Shown here one piece after another: positions 1 through 13,564 of a stretch of 64,000 nt of DNA (its first letter is position 1; each line of letters opens with the position of its first letter). The notes beneath the pieces were generated by a model. That model searched no databases. It had not been told where the DNA came from and was given only the letters and a program-made list of their open reading frames with translations. The stretch comes from Laetmonice hystrix. Taxonomy: Eukaryota. The stretch covers positions 46,934,001 through 46,998,000 of the forward strand of contig OZ249437.1 of NCBI GenBank assembly GCA_965235115.1. The letters are read 5' to 3'. The translations under genes and the position numbers were made by a program.

Positions 1-3000
1 TGCATGTATGTTGACATGCACGTATGTGGTGACAAGAGACCACTTGGCCACGTCCAACACGTGTCATACTGTGTACCAGCAGATCGTGATGATTTAATGA
101 GCGGTGACACAACACGCAATCAGTGATAGAACGCCTTCATCCCGTGTCGCCGAGTGATGGCGCTGTCGGCGGTCTTGGAAACACCTCTCACTCCTTGCCT
201 CCTAGTCACTGCACGCTCGGCCACGTCCATGTCCGACTCAACTCGCTATTATAGAGGATTCCGGACCCAATAATGAATTAAATTGTATGGATGGGGCGAG
301 TTCCAATCTTTAAATTGATAATCGCATGGAAATCCCACGGGAAATAGTGAATAGGAATGGCGGCAATTTTTGGAGTTACTGCTTCATTTCACTGCGACTT
401 AGTTAAAGGAATACCCCTTTCAATCACCCCTTTCAAAACATTGGATGATTAGGAAGCAAATACAGCCGGGCGACTTCCATCCTTTAATACTTAGTAACGG
501 TTGCATTTTTGATTGATTCTCTTCATTCCTCCTGTAGAAGAAAGCTTCACTTTCCCGCGGTAAACCTGACTAAATATGGAATCATCAGCTAGGGAAGTTC
601 TCTCTATCTCTCTCCTGTTATCTGGCTACTATAATGGTTTTCTACACGATGTATGAATGGTCTATACATCTATTATCATGGAACCCTCGCCCAATTCAGG
701 ATCTACTCTATGTAATGCCGTATGATTTGTCTAGTTGATTGCTCCCGTTTTCTCATGAAAAACCAACAAAGAAAACAAACAGAGTTCTCAATATGATCTA
801 ACGGATAGGCAGGTATACGTTATCACTTCCTGGGTATACTAAGTGATGGAGGCCACAAGCTGTTATCAGAAGATACCAATAAATATAAACCTGCACACTT
901 GGGAGCTCAGAGCAATAAAACTATACTCTTAGCTGGTAAGCTGTCAATCGTATCCAGTTTCACACCTTGTCATATAAAACAGAGAAGAGAATGAAGGTGT
1001 ATCCAGTTTCGTGGCTGCAGCAGGGCTCACGCTTGTTTCCTTGATTACAGCATACAGAACCAAATCCCATGTTACAAGTGAATCCTACCCCCTGCTTCAC
1101 AAGGTCCTGCCTCCTAAGGCTCTTCAAGCCTCCCAAGTGGTCCTATATTCGGCGATACCTTAGAACTTGGGCGCTAAATCTGCCGTCGGCGATGCCATAC
1201 GCTATCATACCTTAACTGCCCAATTTACGCATGTTTGATAACATATAAGACCAAGGTTTAGGTACTCTATATAACCTTCGTGCAGATTATGTAATCCATC
1301 CTCTCAATAACACGCCAATGGTCAATGTCGTACAACTGCTTGCTCAATAATACCACCGAATAAATTATATTGAAAACTCTTAAAATCGTTGATAAACGAT
1401 GAATCTACCTTATAGTTTCTGTTGCTTGCACACAATTTTTGTCTCGGTGTTATCTAGGAAAATAAAATAAAAAATTCCTAAACAAAAATCAAGCACGACA
1501 TTCTCACAGGATGAATCAGCTATGGACCCAGGGCCAGATCCAGATCCACTACTTGCCAATTTTGGTACGGTTGGCCATAGTCCACAAATAAACACGCGAA
1601 TACAATCCTGCCGTTCTTTATTCAGATTTAGGTCTACTACGGCCAACCATATCCGTACACCATCAAAATAGTATTGTATCTTGAATTTGTACAATTTTCC
1701 TACCAAAAAAACCCGATAATCTCCAAGGAAACCTAGCACTGAACATCGCACACCAACTCCTCACTCAGAGACAATAATTTATGACACCCATTTCTGATGT
1801 ACCCTTGCACTCACTGTGACCCGAGAACCTGTCATTTGGAAGCGCAAATTAGCAGCTTGCCTGGGGATAATTTCCTCTTCTGCAGCAAAATGACTTAAAT
1901 CAGTTCTGCTCTGCAGGCCTCATTAGCATGAAGAATATGCGGCATGCTGGCGAATGTTTAATTATAAGGCCGTACCTGTTAGCACTCCATCTCCCCTGGT
2001 TTGGCCCGAACAGGTCTGTTAATGAATACCTCCGCAGGCTACCTACCTCCTCTTCTGCCTACTATTTACAACTCTATCTCACAAACTAACTCATGCCTCC
2101 GGTCTATCAGACCACACAAAGATATCAAAGTACAATATCACCAGATTATGTTTGGAAAAGATATTGGTACAATCAATCCTGTCTTTGGCTGAGACCGCTA
2201 CGTCATTACTTGGTCTAATATATTTGTCCAAGGTCATGCTACACAGAAACTATACAGAACTCAGTGTCGTTTCTTTCGTTTTAAGTTTGATTCTCCCAAA
2301 CTGTGACCTACTACCATACCGAGGTAAAGGAAGACAACGACAGCGGAGCTTTAAGCGGGAGTGAGTTTGGAGTGTTAACCACGGTTAGGAGGAAGCCATT
2401 GTCAGAGAGCTCAGCGATCACTTCTCATTGCCCAGCAAGTCTGTCCTCTGACTAGTATGGCTTCCTAACTGACAGTACTGTTCTCTGACTAACCGACTGC
2501 CAACATGTAACCACAAAGTGCTCCCCATGGGCGATACTACTGATTCCTGCGATCATTCAGGCGTCACACTGCTGACAGTTAAAGGCTCAAGTTCTGTAGA
2601 AATAATTCCGGTAACGGGAAAAAGTCACATTTTTTGTGTATTTTAATGTCGCCTTCCATTTAACCATGAACTGATAAACAGTCAAACCTGGTCAGACCAA
2701 TAAGTGCCTGCTCCACAGTTTTTGTAATCGGCACACAGACGATACGCCTGCGTGTGTTTTTGTGTCCGTTACCTTCAGATACAATGTCATGTGACGAAAC
2801 TTTGACGTGACAAATGAAGTAACTGACTTCAATCATACAGAACTAGGCTGAATAGCTACGACTTCTAAAGTTTAAAAGTGCACAAAAAGCAATGGTATTG
2901 AAGGCTTAGCTGTCTTCATATAAAGTTTCATCTTAATGTGTGTGTGTTGAAAGGGAAGGGGACGCAGAAACTGGTGACGATCAGATCGCCTCTCACGAAC

Positions 3001-4876
3001 GTTTCTACACCTAAGTGATGGAGAGAGTGGAGGGTCGGAGGTTTTCCCTCTGATAACGCAGTTTGCCCAACTTCCAAATCGAAACACCAATCAAATTTTT
3101 GTACTTCGTTATCCTGAGTTTCTATGGGCCTCTCTATACATAGAATGGTACATTTAAAGTTGACGGGATTTAATACTGTTAGTAAATTACCTCAGTTAGC
3201 AAGAGATATACATTTTAACTATCCACTACAAGGTCTCTAGATCACAATGCGTTATGTACACCTTAGTTTGTTATGTAAAACCAATCTTCAGGGCACACTG
3301 GAAGTCCTGTCATGTTCACTGACGAACGAACCCCCTCAAAATAACTTCTCTTCCTCATGCAGAAAGACAAGAAGGTTGTCGGAGAATGCACCCTGTGGCT
3401 TGCTGGCCTCTCCCGAGGAGAACTTGGCTACTGTGTTAGCATTCGGTGCACACTAGCCAAGGAGCACTCCCCAGCAGGTGGACACCTAAGAAAGCTGAAC
3501 TGCTGAGCCAACTGCTGGCGGGAACATAAGAAGTTGGCGATAGAAGGAGGCATGCAACCTGCCTATCGATCCAAGTTGTCCGGTTTCACCACCAGGCGTC
3601 TTGCGAACGCTGTACACATACCAAGACATGGCAATATACAATGATACTCTCATGTTAGGGCCTGCTTGGTCTGCCTAGCCCTGGCTGCCTAACCCAAACT
3701 GTTTACTCTACCCCCCCCCCCCCCACATCTTCTGTCTACGCATACAAGTTTTTAGAGCTAACACCGGCGAATGGACTTATTGTTCTATCACCTTTCCCTT
3801 GTGGGAATTATATGCACTTTTGTCTTCAAGTAATTCCCCCCAAAAATGATGAAAGTGAAATCATCGCACCAGAATTTCCCCTCGACTGGTATTACAATTT
3901 TTCAGATATCAGAGTTTCTAAGTTCCTGTAAACTATTGGTTGGAGCTCAAAAATCATAACATAACACAGAATATGAAATTTGTATGAGTAATTCTTGATG
4001 ATTTCAAGATTCTATTCTGAAAGGACAATTAACTATCTTAAGAAATTGCTCTAAGAGCATGTTTCGTATTGCAACTTCTTTATCTTGTCTAAGCCAGCAA
4101 AACATTGCAAACAAAGCACCTGGATGTACTTAGAGAAAATCATGTGCAACGTTAGAATTGTTTCTATTTAGACCTGTGAACATTAGTCAGTACAATAGCC
4201 TCCATGAAGGCATTCTCTATTCCCTTTCATCATCACTGTACTGTGCTCCTGGTGACAATGTTACACATTTTAAGGAAACCTACAGAAAAGTCACCATCTT
4301 GCTGATGTAGTGGTGTTTTTATATCCACCCTTTCTAATACTACAGTTCCATCCTGGAAAATCATTCTTTTTACAAAGACAGTAAGTGAATATGGACGCGC
4401 CAACATGCTTTAACCAAATAAAGGTAATATCTCGTTGCAGTATTCTGTGAATCTCAGGAGAACTACTTTGGTGAGAGAACTGGAGTTAACACCCGTCATC
4501 GGATGCAGCACATGGTGGGCTCCTAACCCACAACATCCTCCACAGCCTGCCGTAATACGTGCCTCGAGAACAGCTCACAGCAGCACAGATTTAGGAGTGC
4601 AGCTGTTTCTTTTCAAGTGTGCCAGTCCGCCCAGAAAATCTGACCGCAATCTTTAGTATGACACCAGGTGGGCCAGGTTCAATTAGTAGATGTAGTTTGA
4701 AACTTGATCTTTCCATATGAGATGGTACACTCTGGAGAACTGAGTCCACAAATACAGAAATGGATAAATGACATTTTGCCACTGATTAATGTTTTGTCGT
4801 TCCTATTGCTGTATAATCCAGAATGTCATGTGAATAACCAGTGTTTGGAGTTGGCCCGACTTCCTCCATGTCTTAC

Positions 4877-4921
4877 CTTTGACAAGATGTACAAGACCTG
4901 TGATGATTAGACGCTCTACAA
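4877..4921 (-). CDS. Candidate 45-nt internal exon, phase 1-1 (VERLIITGLVHLVK), product unknown
   Basis: Minus strand reads ttccttcacagcacag|TTGTAGAGCGT...GTCAAAG|gtaaga with an open frame. Splice signals only, no homology recognised. Confidence 0.2.
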
Positions 4922-5861
4922 CTGTGCTGTGAAGGAATTATAATCCACATTATACGTAGGCATTCACGCCGTCATCTGTGCTCATTACTCCTGCTTGGAT
5001 CTTTCTCTCCGAGTCAGGATTTCTTCTTGGATTTCTCACAAGTACATAAAACAAACAGTCACTGCTTACTCAAGTTTGTCAAAGAGCAATTTTTCCCTGC
5101 ATTTGCATAAAAAGAGTAAGATGAACACATGTGGCAGTCCGTTTCGCTATGAATGTACCAACCATGTACGATCCGCCCCAGAACGCTGACACAGTACAAT
5201 GTACATATATAGGCTACGTGTATATACCTTCCCACCCCTTTTTGCAATTAAGTGACGTTAATTACGATGCCAATATAAAAGAAGACCTACATAGATAGGC
5301 ACATAATATATGACAGTCCAATCATTCAATGAAGACTTAATTAAATCTTCTTTTTGCTGCAATGCATCATTACCTGAAATACACACATACAAATAAACCT
5401 GAATCATTATATTAAAATATAAAAAATGAAAAAGAAAAAAAACAAGAGAGATGCTCACCATGAGGCAGGAGTCATCGAAATCTACATTCCACATCGGAGG
5501 ATACCACAGTGGAGGTGGGGCACTCGCCATCACATTGCCGTTCATTCAGCTAAGAGTAGTGCCTGAGAAACACTCCAAACTCTTATACTACTAGGCCTCC
5601 CAATCCGACTATACCGCAATTGCCCAGTGCTTTCACTTGTCGGGAAATGTTATTTGTACCCGTGTACTCCAAATCCTCTTGCTTCTTCCGCCCTAGTGGC
5701 CGAGGATTTTACAAATCGCCTTTGGTACTTCCTGGAAAGGTAATCTTTTGTGGCCATCAGGGATAACTGCGTGCCCGCTATTGGGGGCTCGACGACCAGC
5801 AAGCCGATAAGAGTGAAGACATAATCCTAATGTGCTGACACGTCTGACAAGATGGCTATTT

Positions 5862-5875
5862 CCAGCAGAGGGCCG
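5862..5875 (+). promoter_or_regulatory. CTCF-like core motif
   Basis: CCAGCAGAGGGCCG, 13/14 match to CCRSYAGRKGGCRS. Confidence 0.3.
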
Positions 5876-6369
5876 ATCCTTCCATTGTTGTGATAAATGG
5901 CACTGGTCTCTGGGCCGTAAAAGGCTGAAATGGTCTGAGATTCGGAGGATCTCTTGTCCCTAGTCTCCTCTGAAGTCCTGCTGGCAATGAGGCTGGACTG
6001 TGTATAAACCATCCACTTCTAGGGACACCATCCAACCGCCTTCGCCGTTGTAGCCTTCAGAAGCCTCGGACTCTGCCAAGTATTAATTCTGAACTATGGC
6101 CATATTAAAGAGCCGTCCATGTAGGCTGCTTCGTCAGTCTCCAGGCATGAGCTCTCAACGGCGGAGCGGTGAAACCTGGACCAGCCTCACAAGGCTTCAT
6201 CCCTGCCAGAAGGCAACAAACTTCAATCTGCGCTTTTATTCACAATTAATAGCCAATAAATGCTGGCCTTGGCTGCCTGGGCTGAAGATGGAGCCACTTT
6301 TCACTCTCCTCCAAAGGCATATTGATATGTTGGATGTCAGAAAAAATTAATTTTTCATGTGAGGTGCTA

Positions 6370-6720
6370 CCAGAATTAACGATCTTGCCACTGCCAAGCA
6401 TGCATTATGGATCTGTGCTAAACGCTGCTAAACACAGGGAGACAGCACCTGTTTTTGGCACCGGGGGCCCTGGCTTGTGCATGGCTTTAATTAATCAGCA
6501 ACAAATGGGTAATAACAAAAGGTACGTATTAAGGGGCTTTCATCGATCTGGCCTGTCTTTCATTTGTCGTGAGGCACACCTGGGCACAGCGTCATCCGTG
6601 TACCTGTCTGCTAATGGAGTAATGCCGAGCCGACACTGCCAACCTTGCATAATTCATAGCCTCATCGCCGCACTCTAATTGCCCAAGTGCCAGATTCTAA
6701 ATCAGAGAAGAGCAACAGTG
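6370..6720. promoter_or_regulatory. Enhancer-like cluster of homeodomain (TAAT/ATTA) and Sox-like sites
   Basis: About ten TAAT/ATTA cores including palindromic TTAATTAA, plus AACAAAT and AACAAAAG, in ~350 bp of non-repetitive, moderately GC-rich sequence. Confidence 0.25.
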
Positions 6721-7519
6721 ACTAGAGTCTACTTGGCGTTGAGGAGTAAAGACTGCTGCGACTGGATGCGCAGTAAACCTGCTCCTCTTTACTGCTGTCT
6801 TCTCTCTCCTTCTCCTTCCTCAGAAACAGCCAATCATGACGCCAGACCAGGGTAACTTCTAGCTGGTGGTGGGGGTAAGAGTGGGGTGGGGCACTATGAC
6901 GTTAAAACAAGGAGAGCAGACAAAGGAGCTGGAAACGCTTCACATGCGGCCGGTCCGTTACTGAAAGTCGGTAAATATGTCAATATAAAAAGTTGATCTG
7001 ATCCTCAATTCAACTCTGCCGGCCAAGAATAACAAAAGATGGTGGGTGACAAATACATTCTCCATTTCTGATTTATTATCTTTTCAACCCCGATTCTGCA
7101 GCTCCATCTATCTTTGCTACAAACAGTTCTAATAGTTGGGTCCAAAAAGGGGAATAGGTCCCCTCTTGCCTTGCTTAGTTCTCCCCCCCCCCCGACATCC
7201 AGTGATGGGCCTTCTCAAAGTAAACATCATCTTTTGCCTGTTCGTCATGAAATAATCCCTGCACGGATTGAGCCCACTGCCAGGTTAATAAAGGATTATT
7301 TACATTATATGTATCGTTATGTACTATGTAATCCCCCCCCCCCCCGCCCAGCTTCTGTGTCCAACCAATGCTGACCATCGACTTCCGCCCACCTCCACAC
7401 ACCCTTGCCAAGATTCAGAGAGATCAAGTAACATTCATACAAGTCCTAATGAGTATTAATTTGTCTGTAATTGGGAGAGAATGTTTGACAAATTGAACTG
7501 GGCACCACGCTGCGTGACG

Positions 7520-8660
7520 GCCGTCTGGGCTGACTTGGTTTGATGGCGACCAGGGGGAGATTCTCGGTCCTTCAGGCCCCGGTGGATGGCTGACCACCAC
7601 TCCCTCCCACACCTATAGCTGGAGCATTCCCACCCACCTGACCCTCTAGTACACCACCACCCGGAATCCTTTCTTCCTAACCACCTCCTCCTACAGAACC
7701 TTACGGGAACACCCACCTACACAGCAGGATCCACAACCTCTTCTTTACATTATTATCCGCTTCAATTTCCACCTACAGACAGGGAACTCTTGTTAGCCAA
7801 AAGCATACGGCACCTGGCTGAATCTACGCCCCCAAGGTCAAGGTTCATTTTTGTGATCATAACGACCACCAGTGTAAAATATTCATGACATCATAATCTC
7901 GCCGTATGCCAATCATTAACTGTCAGAGGCGGGAGGAGGGGGTGCACCTTGAGGGTAAGATGCTGACGCCATGGGGTCATCAGTCAGCCAAGGAGGCTAT
8001 CGTCCCTCCACCAGCCCTTATAATGAAACCTTATTGTTAAAAAGGCACACTGGGAGAGGACAGGTGCACCCGTATGGGTCTGATGGTGTACTCTACCTAA
8101 TAAATTATTCCCTAACATCTTGGCAGTGATGGGTTTGCTCATCTGGCCGGCCCTTCTCCCGCCAAGCCGTTCCCAGATTGCAGCCATATTGTTCCGCCCT
8201 CAATGCCTTAAGCTCAACATTAAACTTTCATGTTCAGTCCTGTGGGAAAACTACCAGAGCCGCCCATGTGGCGACTAGCCATGGAAAAAGTTGCCAGAAG
8301 ATTAAAGCTTAAATCCCTTCTCTGCGTCAACCAACTTTGCCCTCATCTATATGCCCTTAGTAATGCGGATCTTCTAAAGCGATTCGTCTGCTATCCAATC
8401 CATATCCATACCACTGGACCCATGCGTCAGTCACTGTGCCTGCCTAATTGCCAGGAAGAGCCATTGTTTAGTGCCCTATTCACAGCTGTTCCGATGGATA
8501 TTCTACAAGAACAAGTGGCCTGTCATCTGGCTCTTGGAGACACTCAAATGGAAGCCTTTAACGTGGCCGTAAGGCGCCAAGCCTAGCAGAAACCACATGA
8601 AACCAGTTCACGTCGGATTCACTGTCAGAGCCTTCTCAACGTTAGTGTGTGGCCATCCGC
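7520..8660 (+). mobile_element. Decayed DIRS/Ngaro-like retrotransposon relic (RNase H end plus tyrosine recombinase)
   Basis: Broken-frame peptides ADLV*W..RSFRPRWMADHHSLP (cf. ADxLSR..F..P.AD..P), FPPTDRELLLAKSIRHLAES (cf. FPxTExxLxxFxxHLA) and SVTVPA*LPGRAIV*CPIHSCSDG (cf. CPVxAL.YL.R....PLF..SDG) occur in the expected order. Many stops and frameshifts. Confidence 0.4.
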
Positions 8661-9389
8661 GACACTAGTCCTTAATCATTAATCATAAAATGTTTACCAC
8701 AAACCTGTGCTAAAGAGTAATTAATTAGAATTATATAGGTTACATGGAGAAATGACACAGAGCCTGATGTAACATCATGGTAGCCTATCTGCTGAAATCA
8801 CTGCGAGATCACTCTGGAATATGTTTCTGACTACTAGACGTCGCGTTATTTATCACGGCAAGTATCTAATCTATGATTTTAAAAATAATGGAAAAGACCG
8901 AGAAATCGCAAGGAGCGTCTGGGCCTATAAAGCTGACGTTCAACTGAGCCGGGAATTTCCTTACGTCGTGACACAACACGTCCGTCTGATTTGCCTTTTG
9001 TCTTCAGCCAGTGTCGACACTGCCAGATCTTACCACTAAAACCAGTTAAAAACGCAATTCGTTTCAAATAGGGTCATCAGAATATCCAAACCAACACACC
9101 AAATGGGTTTCTTAAACACCATTTAGCCTTCCCATTGTGACTGTAATATTGCCAATAACTTCTCTTTAAAAATCCCTTGAAGAATTCTCCTCCTAATATA
9201 AATGTAATGTCCGTGTTTCAGAAAGAAAACTGCTGACAAGTTATTGTTCTTGAATATCCCAACTGGCAGCTATTACACATACAGGTTTAAATTCTTCGCT
9301 CTCCATATATAGTTCCGACTATTGCTCAAACGACGATTCTTTCAGCCGCCAACTGTTGGCAGATATCGGAGGATGTGCAATCGTTTTCC

Positions 9390-9830
9390 CTGAAGACACT
9401 AGCTTTTACAAAGATGGATTTTCAAGGTCTATAACTGCAGACACCCCTGGGGGACATCAATAGAGCCGTTCCCGGCGGTATACACTGAGCCAGCCAGGCC
9501 CCGACTGGAGTCAACATTCAGCTTTGTAACCCTTCCATTTAGCGCACGCCGATTACAACAGCAAACCAATATTTTAGCATGACTGTGAGCAAACCTCAGC
9601 AAAGGCCATCCGTGCTCTAAGCAAACCATTTGAAAGCTTCACAGTATGCAAACGAATGGTAGGCGAACGGAATTCTGAAATCTCTCCGCCCGGCGTCAAA
9701 CTAGGCCAAACGGTTCGCCTTTCTTCACACCGAAGCCGTCAAGGGCCACGAGGACAACCGTGCTGGGAACAATGGATTCTGTGCCTTGACAAAGGATTCT
9801 TTCCTAAAATCAACAATATGTGATGTTTCT
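9390..9830 (+). mobile_element. Decayed DIRS/Ngaro-like reverse transcriptase relic
   Basis: FTKMDFQGL at 9405 (cf. MAKxDIxxAF), VTLPFSARR at 9526 (cf. LPFGxRS) and GSPFFTPKPSRATRTTVLGTMDSV ending ~9783 (cf. GVP..EK..GP.T.LTFLGIEIDSV). Correct order, frameshifted. Confidence 0.5.
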
Positions 9831-10374
9831 GGTCGGGGTGAAGTCAGCGGGCAACGAAGCGTCTTTTTGTCAGTGACACCATAAACACCTAGGTCTGAGC
9901 CTGCTCAGAGACATGAAGCATCCATGGATACAGAGAGCTACACCCATCGCCTTAAATACGTCCTAAAAAATCAATACTAAATGTCGCAAAGTCTTGGCCT
10001 AGAAGAAGAACCACGAGGAATTTCCTTCACTTGAATATTGATAAAAATAGTGCTATATTTTGGGATAAATGTTGAGCAGGTGGCTTTATATCATGCATAA
10101 TACTTCTAATCAACAAACCCATTTGCCAATAAATCATGTCTTTACATCACCTTTACTGGTATGCCTGGAATCTATTTCACAGCTACTGATCCGGACTAAC
10201 ACACAAAATGTTTTTTTTTACACACAGCTCAGCCTTCCCACCGTGACTGACATACTGCCACTAACTTATCTTTAAAAAGTTCCTTGAAGAATTTTTCTCC
10301 TAATATGAATGTAGCGGTACTGTTTAAAAGGCCTCCTGATTCTAGCAGCAGAAGGCCGGCGACAAATCTTCTAC

Positions 10375-10398
10375 AGAGAGAGAGAGAGAGAGAGAGAG
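10375..10398. repeat. (AG)12 microsatellite
   Basis: Directly visible. Confidence 0.95.
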
Positions 10399-10913
10399 CT
10401 CACAGATCCTTCCTGACTGGGAACACCTGCTGTATGGTGGGTACGGTAGGCTTACTGCTCACCTCTACCAAACTACAGCAACCCAAATCTCTTGAGGTGG
10501 TACCTTCTTATAGACACTGGTTGCTACAGGAGGCGCTCCAATAAAGGCACAAGGTCCTCTAGGTTCTATAGTCAGCCACAGCGCATAACTACAGTTGGCT
10601 CAATCACTACTGCGTTTGAAGACGGATTTAATGATTTGTAAATGTGGTTCGGATCATACCATCATATAGTTTGCCATACTCATGCTTTATGGCCACTTGC
10701 AGGGCCAATAACAGCCACTCCAACCAAGAGAAAATGGCGATTCGAGTCATTGCCTGGGTTTCTAGTTGGTGATCGCTGTCCATAATGGAAGGAGCAGACA
10801 TGGTGACTATATACGGATTTAGGTTTATCATGAAACGTTGACATTCTGTTAGTTTACTGTTAAGTATTTTTTATTCCAATCTACATATTATCGTGTTTTA
10901 CGTTCCCTTTCAG

Positions 10914-10988
10914 GTCTGTTTGTGTGGGTTTCCTGACGGCAATCGTTTCAGAGTGTAGTGCGCCACCACTTTATCAACAAACATTACA
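10914..10988 (+). CDS. Candidate 75-nt exon, phase 2-2 (SVCVGFLTAIVSECSAPPLYQQTL)
   Basis: gttttacgttccctttcag acceptor, ACA|gtacgt donor, one open frame with a hydrophobic stretch. No homology recognised. Confidence 0.2.
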
Positions 10989-11044
10989 GTACGTGACAGT
11001 CGGGACGTCATGGTCCTTACAAACACCAACGGTTTGGGACTTAC

Positions 11045-11082
11045 CGGTAGACATGTATCATGAAATCATTTTGGCAACTTTT
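11045..11082 (-). CDS. Candidate 38-nt exon (KSCQNDFMIHVY)
   Basis: Branchpoint-like ctcactaac immediately before ttag acceptor, CCG|gtaagt donor, one open frame. Confidence 0.15.
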
Positions 11083-11779
11083 CTAAGTTAGTGAGCTGCG
11101 GCTAAGGACATTGTATCATGAACAATTCATTCCCAGAGTCTGATAAACACAACATGTCATGTGGACACTGATTCCAAAATGTTTCTAAATATGAAAGGAC
11201 GATCTAGGGTAGGTCACTGACAAAGTTGTTCTCCTGTGGCCCTGCTTGAGGTCGGCAGTTCATTTTCATGACTTCAACCTCACTGATCAGATGCGGCCAT
11301 ACAGAAAATTGAATTAAAGCATGAATGGACCAGCTACAAGAGTCTGTCGAGGCCTTGATGAAATATGTTGTTGGCTTGACAAAGACTGAGACAGTACCGC
11401 GCCCAAGTGGCCCCAGGTACATGGACGACACTTTGAAGCTGTGGCACCGTGACAAGACCCCGCCTTCGCCTGCACCAAGCGCCAGTGACTGTCACATTAA
11501 TCGGCCATTGGGCTGGGCGCCCTCCCCCGCTGGGCTCCGACCACCAGACTGACAGTCCAATCTATGCAACACAATGCACTGAAAATAAACAAAAACTCCA
11601 TGAGAAAAAACTATTTGCTTAGACGACACACCAACCTTTCTTGCGGACTGCAAAGTTAATAGCCCAGACTGCCTTTTAATGATGGATAGCTGTGTGATTT
11701 GGCGAGATTCAGTGACAATGCAAGTCCCTTAGGTACGGACGCAGAGGCAGGCGCAGGGCCGAGAAATCCAGTCGCCAAC

Positions 11780-12320
11780 CCAGACTTCTCGTACTTATCG
11801 TCCAACACGAGGGGAAAAAGTTGTAAACACAATAGACAGGCAAAATACATTCATCACAATTACTGATCCTTGGTCCCAATTTCCGTAAAAAGTGCTTCAT
11901 TCAGTAGACTGACTGACAGTAAGGCTGACCATGGTGTCAAGTGTGGAGAACCAAGTACGATTCAGCAGTAAATATGTTGTTCTCTCTTCGGTCAGGTTTT
12001 TGAAGCTGAGGTTGAAAGAAGATTATTACATAAGACTGTTATTAACGTAGCCTCCAGATTAAAAGACAACATCCTTGCTGCGACGTGCAGAAAGTTCTAA
12101 CTTATCGCCAGGATCTCTGTCATCTCGGAGATTATGTCACTGTGTCAGGATGAAAGAACTCTATACATTGCTCTGTCCACCGCAAATTCGTCTACGTAAT
12201 ACACGAGTACATGATCTACTCGGTGTAACGTCTCAGCAAACATAGTCTACCACATTGCTGAGCTAATAACACAAATAGTAACTGCCTAGTGACACTCACT
12301 TGGTAACAGAAGCGAGTTAC
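11780..12320 (+). mobile_element. Decayed CR1/L2-type LINE apurinic endonuclease relic
   Basis: YLSSNTRG (cf. NxRSL), ITITDPW at ~11853-11873 (cf. IxITETWL), DSKADHGV (cf. DR...GGV), LGDY at 12124 (cf. GDFN), TRVHDLL (cf. PTR...LDL) and SDTH at 12288 (cf. SDH), in correct order across broken frames. Confidence 0.45.
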
Positions 12321-12884
12321 TCCAGTATTGTTTTTCCGTAAAGATCGTTCTTCTCACTCATGTTAACCATGTATTGAGGACAGCTGAATATTTGTAAATC
12401 CCGTCAAATAACTTTTTAGATATTCTCTAAATGAAAGAAACCAGGATCTCACAAAAATTAGTATTAATAAAGTGCCTCTCTCTTTCTTTAAAATTGTAAC
12501 CATGAAACTGTGCTTTACTTGCACGTGATTCACAACCAGATATCACTAAACTGAGAGGATAGCTCTCCACAGTCCCAGGTACTGTTGTATGCCCTCCCTT
12601 TTTGTCGACAACGACCAACGTTGGTGGGAGAGTTACTCTAGTGCACTCGCTAACAAGTGCTAACAAAACACAGACGAATCCCCAGGTGCATTTGTCCACT
12701 CCGAATTGTACTTGACCTGTATTGATGATAAGAAAAAAACCCAGCCGTTTTGATGAGTGCGCATCCCATGGCCCGCCTTACCCCCACCGGTGTGCCCGAT
12801 CTGGATCTAGCCCACTTACAAACAAAGCTTTCCTACCTCCCACCAGTTTGGCACGCCCTCACTGCGCACCTGAGTTATGGCTGA

Positions 12885-12980
12885 TAAATTGCTGGGACAC
12901 CTCTACCCGTCGCTGTATACATTTAACCTGTGGCTTTAAATATTTGTGCTGGGCTTTCAACGGGGCCATGAAGACAGCAA
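12885..12980 (+). mobile_element. Possible Ngaro ORF1 Cys/His zinc-finger relic
   Basis: CWDTSTRRCIHLTCGFKYLCWAFNG resembles C-x2-FN-x2-C-x4-C-x-F-x-H-x-C-x2-C-x-G, with ligand substitutions. Confidence 0.25.
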
Positions 12981-13490
12981 GTCACAGAGCAGTGAAGCAT
13001 CTAGCAAAGTCTATTAAACTTCCATCAGATGGTTTTGTGTGCGTGGAATGCTTGAACTGACTTGGCTGCTAAGAGCTGTTTCTTAAGGAGACAGCTATGC
13101 TGGGTAAATACAGGCCAATGCATACAAATTGAGTGGGAGGTAGTGGCCAGGGCGAATACATCGGTTGACGTCCATGGCGACGGGGAGTAAAGGAAGTGTG
13201 TGTGTGTGGGGGGGGGGGGGGGTTAGGGTGACGTTAGGGGAAGGGGTGTTCACATGAATTCATACCAAAAGTACAATAACTCCTTGGGGGGAAAAGGCGG
13301 ACTGTCCCTGTATAACAAGTCCGTGAGATGACACAACCTATCGGTATACAGTATATCATTGCTACAGGGACATATAAACATAACTTGGATTACCTTTGAA
13401 TGTTTACAAGATATACCCCCATTCTTTGCCCGATTCTGCACATAGCTTCACCAAAACAACTGACAAAGGTTTCATTAGATCATTCCACAG

Positions 13491-13564
13491 GCTCACTCAT
13501 CTATCCTCATTACGCTGATCGGCGCAATTATTGTGTTCGGTCTGTACAGTGTTACTCTGGACTG
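13491..13564 (+). CDS. Candidate 74-nt exon encoding a transmembrane-like helix (AHSSILITLIGAIIVFGLYSVTLD)
   Basis: cattccacag acceptor, CTG|gtaagt consensus donor, frame 0 gives a ~20-residue uncharged hydrophobic run. Confidence 0.35.

Noticed and set aside
1500-2150. Possible LINE endonuclease relic (DPDP..., GLSDH)
   Set aside because: Too few motifs to separate from chance by eye; left uncalled pending a profile search.
4303-4316. TGATGTAGTGGTGT resembling the 3-prime part of an ambulacrarian miRNA recalled from memory
   Set aside because: The seed region does not match and no precursor hairpin is evident. I also saw no full match to other conserved miRNAs I remember.
5258-5545. Minus-strand MNGNVMASAPPPLWYPPMWNVDFDDSCLM with gtgagc donor and a short downstream intron
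   Set aside because: Splicing to the adjacent acceptor gives a stop within about ten codons and the peptide is not recognisable.
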